A stretch of DNA of 64,000 nucleotides, from assembly GCF_050299635.1 (NCBI RefSeq), contig NZ_JBNKWF010000001.1, positions 9,485 to 73,484 of the forward strand, written 5' to 3'. The stretch is from Altererythrobacter sp. (lineage in GTDB: Bacteria; Pseudomonadota; Alphaproteobacteria; Sphingomonadales; Sphingomonadaceae). A model generated the notes under the pieces. That model made no database searches, was not told where the DNA came from, and worked only from the letters and a program-made list of their open reading frames with translations. Made by a program: the position numbers and the translations under genes. Below are positions 50,103-58,013 of the stretch, piece by piece. How positions within the stretch are numbered: position 1 is the stretch's first letter; each line of letters starts with the position of its first letter.

Positions 50103-50747
50103 TTAGAACCTTCCGACGAGAGCGATCACGCCCTGATGCCGCTTTGTCTTGAGGCCGGTATCAACCTTCATGTACTCGTATTTTCCATAGTTCGAGTAAC
50201 GGTATTCGGCGCGGATGGCGAAACCCTTGGACAGGCCAACTTCAACGCCGGGGCCCATGCGAAAGCCCTTCTGCCTGCTGCTGATGGACGTAAGACCATT
50301 GGTCTCGTCGAAAGCTTCAAGCCCAACCTTGGCCGAAGTGTAGCCTGCCTTGAAATAGACCAGGGAACTGCTTCCAACATTGATGCCGGCCCGGGCACCG
50401 ATATAGAAATCGCTCTTCGCCTTGAACTGAGTCAGTTCGGCTGGCTCTGTGGTCTGCGGAATGGCGACCAGCGGCGGTGTCGTGGAGTTCACCTTCTTCT
50501 TGCCACCTGTGCCGGTGTATTCGACTTCAACGCCCAGAATGCCTCCGCCCAGGTCCGCGTCATATCCGGCCGTAACGCCGTAGAGCAGGCTCGATTTCTT
50601 CGCTTTCTCGGTTCCGTCGCTGACACGCACGGAATCCGCGCCCATCACGACGCCAGCCTTGAAGCCACCCGTGCCACCGTCCTGCGCCAATGCAGGAGAT
50701 GCCATGGCTGTCATCGTAGCCGCCCCCATTATTAGAACCTTTTTCAT
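50103..50747 (-). CDS. Small outer membrane beta-barrel protein (OmpA-like barrel/porin family)
   Basis: Signal peptide MKKVLIMGAATMTAMASPALAQD, alternating strands and a C-terminal ALVGRF. Confidence 0.75.
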   Translation of the reverse strand: MKKVLIMGAATMTAMASPALAQDGGTGGFKAGVVMGADSVRVSDGTEKAKKSSLLYGVTAGYDADLGGGILGVEVEYTGTGGKKKVNSTTPPLVAIPQTTEPAELTQFKAKSDFYIGARAGINVGSSSLVYFKAGYTSAKVGLEAFDETNGLTSISSRQKGFRMGPGVEVGLSKGFAIRAEYRYSNYGKYEYMKVDTGLKTKRHQGVIALVGRF

Positions 50748-50776
50748 AAAAGACCTCCAAAATATCTAAAATCTCT

Positions 50777-50795
50777 ATATTACTTTGTGTAATAT
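50777..50795. promoter_or_regulatory. AT-rich inverted repeat ATATTAC-TTTGT-GTAATAT upstream of the OMP gene
   Basis: Perfect 7-bp arms 30-48 nt upstream of the ATG at 50747. It lies inside an unusually AT-rich stretch. Confidence 0.25.
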
Positions 50796-50935
50796 TCTAT
50801 ACGCCTGTCGGAATTGTCCGTTTTTATTTACAAAACGTCATTTTTACATTCCCGTTGGAAAAAAGCGCTGACCCTTACAACAATCCTTTTGGCCGACGCT
50901 TGAAGATGAGGCTTGCACCAAGGCAAACCTCATTC

Positions 50936-50957
50936 AACCTGCCCAAACGGGTATATT
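50936..50957. promoter_or_regulatory. Palindrome family site F: AACCTGC-CCAAACGG-GTATATT (left arm perfect, right arm degenerate)
   Basis: 18 of 22 positions are identical to site E. It lies in the divergent region between the OMP gene (ATG 50747) and the gene starting at 51067. Confidence 0.3.
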
Positions 50958-51066
50958 GCGGAGGGTTCTTGGAGGCTTAGTCTTCACCGCATCGACAGCG
51001 ATGAAACCGGGTTCCGAAACAATCATTTCCAGCCAGCAAGGTCTGGACAATTCGCCCGGATCGAGG

Positions 51067-51789
51067 ATGAAGACCATGATTATCGGCAAATACCGCATCA
51101 TCGGCGGCGCAATCCTGGGACTATGTGCAATCCCCATTGCCGCACCCGCATTGGGCCACGTGGATACCAGCTGGGACGGCCTGGTGCAGGTGGAATCCAA
51201 AAAGATGGATACCGTCTATCTTGAACCCTATGCGGACTTCAGCGGCTATCGCAAGGTGATGTTCGACAAGCCGGAAATCACTTTCAAGAAGAATTGGCGA
51301 CGCAACCAGAACCGCTCCGCGCTGAGCCTTGGCGGAAGGGTGAACGAGCGGCAGGCCCAAAGGATTCTGGAAGGGGCACGTGACCTGCTCGACGAAGCTT
51401 TCCGCAAACAGTTTTCGGAAGCCGGGTATCAGGTCGTGACAGCCCCGGGGCCAGATGTCATGCGGATCACGCTTGAGATCTTCGACCTCGATGTAACGGC
51501 GCCGGAGAATAATTCTCCGGGTATTTCATATACCTATGTGCAGGAATCCGGAAAGGCCACGCTCGCTCTGGAAGTGCGCGATTCCGAGACCGGCGACTTG
51601 CTCGGGCGCACGGTGGACAAGGGCAGGACGGGCAGTCGCGGCGGGGATTTCATCCTCGCAAACAATGTCAGCACAGCGGCGGACTTCAATCGACTCTTTT
51701 CGCGCTGGGCCAGGATCTGCGCGGCTGGCCTGAATGAGTTAAAGACACTCTCACCCATCGACGAAGCCGGGCAGCACAAGAAAGATTGA
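51067..51789 (+). CDS. Exported hypothetical protein (DUF3313-like)
   Basis: N-terminal signal-like MKTMIIGKYRIIGGAILGLCAIPIAAPALG. No catalytic motif was recognised, and the family assignment is from memory only. Confidence 0.45.
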   Translation: MKTMIIGKYRIIGGAILGLCAIPIAAPALGHVDTSWDGLVQVESKKMDTVYLEPYADFSGYRKVMFDKPEITFKKNWRRNQNRSALSLGGRVNERQAQRILEGARDLLDEAFRKQFSEAGYQVVTAPGPDVMRITLEIFDLDVTAPENNSPGISYTYVQESGKATLALEVRDSETGDLLGRTVDKGRTGSRGGDFILANNVSTAADFNRLFSRWARICAAGLNELKTLSPIDEAGQHKKD

Positions 51790-51851
51790 TCCGCATCAGG
51801 CTGCGAAGCGTTCCGCTCCTGGTCTGCGGGCGCAATCCGTCTGCCCGGAAT

Positions 51852-53099
51852 TTAGATATGAACTCTGGCGCGGATCGTGAGGATTACCGCGTCCTTCTTC
51901 TCCGTTTCGAATGGCTTGAGCCATTGCAGATCGCCGGTCAGTTGCAGCCACGGAGCAGGACTGTAGTTGTAGAAGCCTTCGATCCCGGATTCATCCCGGC
52001 GGTTAATGCCCAGCTGGTTCAACCCGTCCAGTAGGTCCCTGCTGAACCCGTTCTTGAAGTAGGCCAGGCCCCATTTGTCTTGCGGCCGCCCGGGCGTGTT
52101 GCCGCCCAGACCAGCATAGAAACCCCACGCCAGCGGATTGGGGTTGGCATCGGATGCCCCGAGATAGCCAAACACGCCCCAACCCGCACCGGGCGTAGTC
52201 GGGTCGACATGCAGGAACTGCTGCGCCTGCACATTCACATACCATTTGCCCTTCTTCTGAAGGAACTCTTCCGACCCCGGTGGCAGTTCCGCAAAATCCG
52301 GTATCCGGGTTAGATCGAAACCTTTCGAGCTGCTGGCAACGCCGCGTACCGAATAGAATCCCGGCAATCCGCCGATTTTCGCCAGGAAGGTCAGATTCAA
52401 TGCGCCGGTCACTCCTGTCTCGAACGGGTGGGAAAAGACCCGCCAATCCTGCGCATTGCGCGGATCGAACACCATCAGTGTGGCAATCACCGGCTTAGTC
52501 TCAACCTTCATGATGGCACCGCCGACATAGGGCGTAATGATGCCGGTGACCGGTCCAGCAATCGCGGTGTGCAGGAAGGTTTCTTCCGTCCCGCCGCCCA
52601 CCAGCGGAGCCGCTCTGGCCGAATGCAACAGGTTGAACTTGCCAATGCTGAGCGTGGCCTTCGAAGCGATCTTCTGCGTCAGCACAAAGGAAGTGTCGTG
52701 ATCCTTCCCCCCCAGTCGCGGGAACGCAATGGTCCCAAAGGGGAGCAACAGGCCGGACTCTTCGTTCAGCAGATCCTTGCCATAGACGAACTCCTGAGCG
52801 ACCCTGAACGAACCTCCTTCCCACAAACCCAGTCGGCCAAGATCGGCATCCGCGATCAGCGTGGTCTTGCCGCCCAGCTTCCATTCGCGCGATGCATCGC
52901 CCGCTACGAAGCCGGTCAGGGAATGGGTGAACCAGGCCTCCAGTTCGACGGGCTTACGTTCCTTGTCTGCGGCTGGCGGAGCGGGCGGCGGTGGCCCCAC
53001 AGGCTCAGCTTCCTCTTGCTCTGGGTCAGCACCATCCTGCGCGATCGCCGCGCCGCATGGGAGGGCCGCCAAGCACAAGAGTGACGTGGAACAGGCCAT
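51852..53099 (-). CDS. Putative outer membrane porin/beta-barrel protein
   Basis: Signal peptide MACSTSLLCLAALPCGAAIAQD, a Pro/Ala/Glu-rich spacer and a long amphipathic beta pattern. The ORF track extends to 53177. Confidence 0.5.
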   Translation of the reverse strand: MACSTSLLCLAALPCGAAIAQDGADPEQEEAEPVGPPPPAPPAADKERKPVELEAWFTHSLTGFVAGDASREWKLGGKTTLIADADLGRLGLWEGGSFRVAQEFVYGKDLLNEESGLLLPFGTIAFPRLGGKDHDTSFVLTQKIASKATLSIGKFNLLHSARAAPLVGGGTEETFLHTAIAGPVTGIITPYVGGAIMKVETKPVIATLMVFDPRNAQDWRVFSHPFETGVTGALNLTFLAKIGGLPGFYSVRGVASSSKGFDLTRIPDFAELPPGSEEFLQKKGKWYVNVQAQQFLHVDPTTPGAGWGVFGYLGASDANPNPLAWGFYAGLGGNTPGRPQDKWGLAYFKNGFSRDLLDGLNQLGINRRDESGIEGFYNYSPAPWLQLTGDLQWLKPFETEKKDAVILTIRARVHI

Positions 53100-53238
53100 T
53101 CGCAACAGCTTGCATTTTGAGATGGAAATCAAGAACTTCCTCCGGCGTATCGGGCCAAGTTCTGTCTGCTCGAACACGGGTGGAATGCGTATCTCCCACT
53201 CCGGAGCAGCCAGGGTGCTGGACGAAGACCGATCGGAT

Positions 53239-53258
53239 TATCAACGGGTCGATTGATA
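53239..53258. promoter_or_regulatory. Inverted repeat TATCAA-CGGGTCGA-TTGATA in a divergent promoter region
   Basis: Perfect 6-bp arms with an 8-nt spacer, between the porin-like gene (ATG 53099) and the barrel gene (ATG 53426). Confidence 0.3.
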
Positions 53259-53425
53259 GTGGAGGAGGGTGAGCTCCATCCTAACCGGTTCGCCCAGCAT
53301 GGAAACAGTCACAGCTAAGCCAGAGTGGAACAATATGCCCATTGGGGTAGGTAACCGCCCCCTCATCGCAATGATATCCGAAGCTTGGCTCCAAATTGGC
53401 GGGCCCGCAGCGGAAGGAATGCATC

Positions 53426-54259
53426 ATGGCTATTCAGCGCAGAAGAACGGTTCACTGCGTTGCAACGATCCTGGCCGTTTCATTGCCCATGCCAGCGGCC
53501 GCGCAATCCCTGGATGACGATTTCTGGATCGAAGCTGGGGTCTATTTCCCAAAGCTCGATACGGACATTTCTGCAACGTCGAAGGAGTACGACTTCATCG
53601 GGACGGAAATCGATCTCGAAAAAGACCTGGGGCTGAAGACTTCTTCCAACCTAATAACAGCTACGGCCGGCGCACGGTTATCGAACTCGATCAGTCTGGT
53701 TGCCGATTATTACAAGATTGGTCGAAAGGGAGAGATCGGCATCGCGCGCGAACTGATCTATGACGATGTGACCTATCCGGTCGCGGCCAGCCTCAAGACC
53801 ACATTCGACAGCGACATCTACCGCCTGACGTTGAACTATTCCTTCATCCGCAATGACGCGCTTGAAATCGGCATTGGCGGCGGCGCGCATGTAACCGACT
53901 TTTCCGTCCAGCTTTCAGGCGAAGGACGCGTCGGCAACGAGTCCCTGGTGCAGTTCGAAACGCGCAAGGAAAAGCTGACCGCCCCCTTGCCTACGATCGG
54001 TGTCTATGCGGCTGGCAAGATTACACCGCGCCTGACGCTTGGAGCCAGGGCGGAATATCTTTCGCTCAAGGTCGGTGACTATAAAGGCCGGCTCGCCAAT
54101 ACGCAGGTTGCGCTGACCTATCGCCTGTTCGATCATGTCGGCTTGGGGATCGCTTTTCGCCGGGTCGACTACCGATTGAAGATCGACAAGCGCGACTGGT
54201 TCGGACGATACGACTATCGTTTCAATGGACCTGAAATCTTCCTGAAAGCAGGGTTTTAG
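53426..54259 (+). CDS. Hypothetical outer membrane beta-barrel protein
   Basis: Signal peptide ending PAAAQS, alternating strands and a C-terminal FLKAGF. Confidence 0.55.
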   Translation: MAIQRRRTVHCVATILAVSLPMPAAAQSLDDDFWIEAGVYFPKLDTDISATSKEYDFIGTEIDLEKDLGLKTSSNLITATAGARLSNSISLVADYYKIGRKGEIGIARELIYDDVTYPVAASLKTTFDSDIYRLTLNYSFIRNDALEIGIGGGAHVTDFSVQLSGEGRVGNESLVQFETRKEKLTAPLPTIGVYAAGKITPRLTLGARAEYLSLKVGDYKGRLANTQVALTYRLFDHVGLGIAFRRVDYRLKIDKRDWFGRYDYRFNGPEIFLKAGF

Positions 54260-55125
54260 AACAACAAGCTCACGCCGAACTTGAGCTGGCGATCGGCCGC
54301 TCCCTTCGGGGTCGAGACATTCCAGTAATAGCCCAGGCTCACATCCAGCGATGTGCCGCTCTGCTCGTTCAGCAGGATCGTCCTGCCGCCCGTCAGCCCA
54401 AGCGGAACCGACCAGCCAGTGGTGTCTTTCGGCGCGCTCCAGTTATAGGCGACCGTATTGTTGTATCCGCCGTACCAGCCTCCGCCGAATCCATAGATCA
54501 GGATTGGCTGCATGGTGGTGACACTGAAACCATCCTGCCCCCACAGGTGCCCGATCACCCCGCCCCATGACAGATCTCCCGATTGTCCGAATACGACCGC
54601 GGTTGGCCCTGCACCCATGCTTGGCCCTTCCAGGGCGGGCTTGGAATGCGTCGGAAGCGAGACCTGCAGCCCGAAGCCATAGGCCAGTTTCCCACCGGTG
54701 GGCGAATAGATCATCTGCACGATCGTATCGCCGATGCCCCATTCCATCGTAGTGTTCGGCGTCGGGTCTGGCAGGATCGGCGGCACAGCGGCATCAGGCT
54801 GCACACCCTGCACCGGAATCACGCCGCGCATGATCAAGTTGGCGCCATCAAGCGGAACAGAAAAGACCGGCTGGATCTGGAAATTGTAGCTATCCTGATC
54901 GTTGGTGCCGGTCTTATAGGCGATCGTGTTGTCGGTCATGATCGCAGCGATGTCCCCCAGCGGATTGGCCGCCTTGCGCGCCGCCTGGCAGGCCGCATCG
55001 CAATTGGGATCCACCGCTTCAGGCTCCTGCGCGATCTCATCCTGTGCAAAGGCAATGTTGGCTGGGGCTGCTAGTGCCAATGCGACAATGAATCCCGCCA
55101 GCGACCGGTTGATGTTTCGGTTCAT
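54256..55125 (-). CDS. Hypothetical outer membrane beta-barrel (transporter-like) protein
   Basis: Signal peptide MNRNINRSLAGFIVALALAAPANIAFAQD and a C-terminal GVSLLF. Last gene of a three-gene minus-strand operon. Confidence 0.55.
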   Translation of the reverse strand: MNRNINRSLAGFIVALALAAPANIAFAQDEIAQEPEAVDPNCDAACQAARKAANPLGDIAAIMTDNTIAYKTGTNDQDSYNFQIQPVFSVPLDGANLIMRGVIPVQGVQPDAAVPPILPDPTPNTTMEWGIGDTIVQMIYSPTGGKLAYGFGLQVSLPTHSKPALEGPSMGAGPTAVVFGQSGDLSWGGVIGHLWGQDGFSVTTMQPILIYGFGGGWYGGYNNTVAYNWSAPKDTTGWSVPLGLTGGRTILLNEQSGTSLDVSLGYYWNVSTPKGAADRQLKFGVSLLF

Positions 55126-55132
55126 CGCAGGA

Positions 55133-55315
55133 TCAATCGCGTCCGAACAGGTCGACGACCGCGCCAGCAGTTGCGCCCACCGCAGCCCCCGTCCGCGCAT
55201 CGCCCGCCAGGGCGCCGATACCCGCGCCGACCACGCTTCCGCCCACTGTGGCGCAGGCCGCTAGCGGCAGCAGCACCGCTGCGCAGGCCAGCACGATTTT
55301 TCCGTTACGTGTCAT
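55133..55315 (-). CDS. Glycine-zipper small lipoprotein
   Basis: Lipobox LAAC followed by a Gly-zipper (GGSVVGAGIGALAGDARTGAAVGATAGAV). Its ATG overlaps the upstream stop (ATGA). Confidence 0.6.
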   Translation of the reverse strand: MTRNGKIVLACAAVLLPLAACATVGGSVVGAGIGALAGDARTGAAVGATAGAVVDLFGRD

Positions 55316-55695
55316 TGCTTCTTCTCCACGTAGATCAGCCAGAGAACATCCAGCACCGTGTCGCCCGTCTTGTCGGGATGGGCGGCGAAATAGGCGTCCA
55401 CCGCGTCGACCATGCCTTCCAGCGTGGCCCCCTTCAGGGCGGCATACATTTCTGGAACCGCCGATTGCTTGTCGTTCGGCGGATTGGCGCTGGCGGCCTG
55501 GACTTCATGTTCCGCATTTACCGTGTTGGCGATGCCCATGGTGTAGGCGAGTTTCTCGTTCTCGGTGGATTGCTTCCACACGGTGCCCGTCACATAGGAA
55601 CTGGATGCCGATGCGACGCTGGCACTCAAGAGAATCCCAAGCGCTGCAGCCACGCCCAAAAACCGTCTCGATCTCATCTCAGCACCTCTTGTCAT
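55312..55695 (-). CDS. Exported hypothetical protein
   Basis: Signal peptide RRFLGVAAALGILLSASVASA and a helical mature part. No recognised motif. The start could be 55677. Confidence 0.45.
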   Translation of the reverse strand: MTRGAEMRSRRFLGVAAALGILLSASVASASSSYVTGTVWKQSTENEKLAYTMGIANTVNAEHEVQAASANPPNDKQSAVPEMYAALKGATLEGMVDAVDAYFAAHPDKTGDTVLDVLWLIYVEKKQ

Positions 55696-55817
55696 TGCAG
55701 TACGCAGTCCACGATCCGGAGTGTCCGGGCGGAAGCGAATGCACCGATCGAGTCGCCATCCAGCCCCAATTCCTTGATCTGTTGGCTGAAACCTGCCTCT
55801 CCAGGCCTACCGCCAGC

Positions 55818-55839
55818 AACCTGTATCAATGGACAGGTT
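55818..55839. promoter_or_regulatory. Palindrome family site A: AACCTGT-ATCAATGG-ACAGGTT (perfect lux-box-type dyad)
   Basis: ACCTGT-N8-ACAGGT has the same arms and spacing as the V. fischeri lux box. It lies in the divergent region about 125 nt upstream of the canonical LOV-HTH ATG and about 133 nt upstream of the minus-strand operon ATG. Confidence 0.5.
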
Positions 55840-55855
55840 TCACTGGGGGGCCGGT

Positions 55856-55878
55856 CAATCGGCAAGCAATGCCGATTG
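55856..55878. promoter_or_regulatory. Second palindrome CAATCGGCA-AGCAA-TGCCGATTG upstream of LOV-HTH
   Basis: Perfect 9-bp arms, 76-98 nt upstream of the ATG at 55954. Confidence 0.35.
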
Positions 55879-55953
55879 CTCAAGCCGGGATTGGACAAGC
55901 TGTCCTTTGGGGCATAATCTTTCCCTGGAAGATGCACTTGGGGGCATTCGTAT

Positions 55954-56544
55954 ATGACTTTAACCAGGCTCGAATCCCTGGATGATGTCGCATTCATCGC
56001 GACCGATCCGCGCTTGCCGGACAATCCGATCGTCGATTGCAATGACAGTTTTCTGAAACTGACAGGCTATGAGCGCGACGAGGTTATCGGCCATAACTGC
56101 CGCTTGCTGGCGGGGCCCGGAACCGATCCGGAAAAACGGCGGCAACTGCGCGAAGCGATCGCTGATGAGCAGCCGATCATGGTCAAGCTGCTCAATTACA
56201 AGAAGGACGGCACACCCTTCATGAACGCCGTGATGGTCGTGCCGATCTATGGCGACGACCGCGAGTTGATCGGCTATCTCGGCTCGCAGCTCGACGTAAG
56301 CTCTTCAAGCGACATTTCCCTGGAAGAACGCACAGCCAAGGCACGCAAGGCTATGGCCAGGCTCAGCCCGCGCCAGGCTCAGGTTCTCAACGGTCTGGTG
56401 GATGGCAAACTCATCAAACAACTCGCCTATGACCTCGACTTGAGCGAACGGACCATCAAGATGCACCGCGCCGCCATGCTGAAATCGATCGGCGCGTCGA
56501 ACAATGCAGAAGCGATCCGGATAGCAGTCGAAGCGGGGCTTTAG
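55954..56544 (+). CDS. LOV-HTH blue-light-regulated transcription factor (EL222-like)
   Basis: Canonical LOV core GHNCRLLAGPGTD with NYKKDGTPFMNAV and LGSQLDV. C-terminal LuxR-type HTH LSPRQAQVLNGLVDGKLIKQLAYDLDLSERTIKMHRAAMLKSIG ... RIAVEAGL. Confidence 0.9.
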   Translation: MTLTRLESLDDVAFIATDPRLPDNPIVDCNDSFLKLTGYERDEVIGHNCRLLAGPGTDPEKRRQLREAIADEQPIMVKLLNYKKDGTPFMNAVMVVPIYGDDRELIGYLGSQLDVSSSSDISLEERTAKARKAMARLSPRQAQVLNGLVDGKLIKQLAYDLDLSERTIKMHRAAMLKSIGASNNAEAIRIAVEAGL

Positions 56545-56664
56545 CCTGCCCCTACGGGAGCTTGCTCCTGGGACATGCCCCCACGTCCATGTTGCTCCAG
56601 CCTGCAAGAGCGGGCTGATACGGCGAGCATGGCACGAGGCGAGAGCATAATCGGGCGGGCTACA

Positions 56665-57945
56665 ATGCGGCCGGGGCCCCGTGCCGCGCGACAGGCTGCT
56701 CTGCTCCTCTCGCTGGCCGCTCTCTCCCCATGCGGCGCATTTGCCCAGGATTCCGGTGAAGTCACGACCCCCTCCAGCGATACGGAAGACAAACCCAGTG
56801 CGGAGGAGGTGCGAGAAAACGTGGTGTCTGCCGGGGAAGACCCGCTGCAGAAATGGCATGCCGAAACGCAAACTGACGAGATCGATGAACGAGTGGGAAG
56901 GCCGCTCAAGGTACTGCTCTATGGTAGCGCGCGGCTTGACTACACCATCGCCAATTCCACCGGAAAGCTGGGCGATGCGGGATCCAGGTTCGGAGCATTT
57001 GGCGAATGGGCGCCAAGCAATAGATTGTTGCTGTTCGCTCGCGCCGAGGCAGGTCTCGACCTGATCGAAGGTTTCAGCGATTTGTCCAAGAGCGGCTCGA
57101 AGAAGAGCGAAGACGACGATTCCAAGGTATTCGACCGCTTGCTCTATGGCGGCATTGAGACGCGGCGCTTCCTGCTCGTATTCGGCAAGAACTGGTCTAC
57201 CTACTACCAGGTCTCCGGTTTCACCGACGAGTTCGACAGCACCGGGGGCGATGCATCGGGGACCTACAATGCCGGCACCGATGGCGGCCCAACAGGGACC
57301 GGACGCGCCGACCTTGCGCTGCAGGCGCATATCTCGCTCAAAGGACTGGCCGAAAGGATTGGCGCGCAATCGCTTCACCTTAACCTGCAGGCACAAGATG
57401 GCCGCCCGATCCCCGGCTTTGATGATGCAAAATACGGCGTTTCAATCGGAACGAGCGGGATCATCCGCTTTTCGAAGAATGTCGAATTGGGCCTCGCCTA
57501 TAATTTCGCGGAAATTCAGCTGGCCGATCGCCCTGCCCTCGCGGCGGTCGGCATCAATGGCAATGCGCATGCGGCCCTACTTGGCGTGCGCTGGATCGAC
57601 AATGACTGGTATCTTGCGACGACAGTCGCGCGGCTGGTCAATCACGAAGCGACGGACGGATTGAACTATTTCGATGGCTGGGGCTGGGAGGTATATGCGC
57701 GCCGCCAGATCACAACCCGATTCTCGATTGTTGGCGGCTGGAACTGGTTGAAGCCCGACGCAGATGAGATCCAGGCGAACGACTATCGCCAGCGCTATGG
57801 TGTGATCGGCGCGCGCTATGCGCTGAGCCGGGAGAACGGGCTGGAACGCTATGCCTATGTCGAATGGCGGATCGACGACAGCCGCGAGGAGAATGGCGAT
57901 AAGGTCGGCAACAGCATCGTGCTGGGCCTGCGCATGGACCTATAG
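56665..57945 (+). CDS. Gram-negative porin-family outer membrane protein
   Basis: Signal peptide (AALLLSLAALSPCGAFAQD) and a porin-like pattern (YGSARLDY ... GSRFGAFGEW ... LYGGIETRRFLLVFGKNWSTYY). The ORF track starts at 56575. Confidence 0.7.
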   Translation: MRPGPRAARQAALLLSLAALSPCGAFAQDSGEVTTPSSDTEDKPSAEEVRENVVSAGEDPLQKWHAETQTDEIDERVGRPLKVLLYGSARLDYTIANSTGKLGDAGSRFGAFGEWAPSNRLLLFARAEAGLDLIEGFSDLSKSGSKKSEDDDSKVFDRLLYGGIETRRFLLVFGKNWSTYYQVSGFTDEFDSTGGDASGTYNAGTDGGPTGTGRADLALQAHISLKGLAERIGAQSLHLNLQAQDGRPIPGFDDAKYGVSIGTSGIIRFSKNVELGLAYNFAEIQLADRPALAAVGINGNAHAALLGVRWIDNDWYLATTVARLVNHEATDGLNYFDGWGWEVYARRQITTRFSIVGGWNWLKPDADEIQANDYRQRYGVIGARYALSRENGLERYAYVEWRIDDSREENGDKVGNSIVLGLRMDL

Positions 57946-58013
57946 ACGACCGCTCGCTTGCTGCGGATCGGAACGCCTGAGCGCCCCGACACCGCAGCTA
58001 GCGGTAAGTCCTC

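Noticed and set aside
55927-55952. GGAAG-N17-CGTA immediately upstream of the LOV-HTH ATG as an EcfG-like promoter.
   Set aside because: The -10-like element ends 1 nt before the ATG, so transcription would start inside the coding region. There are two mismatches to the consensus, making it likely a chance match.
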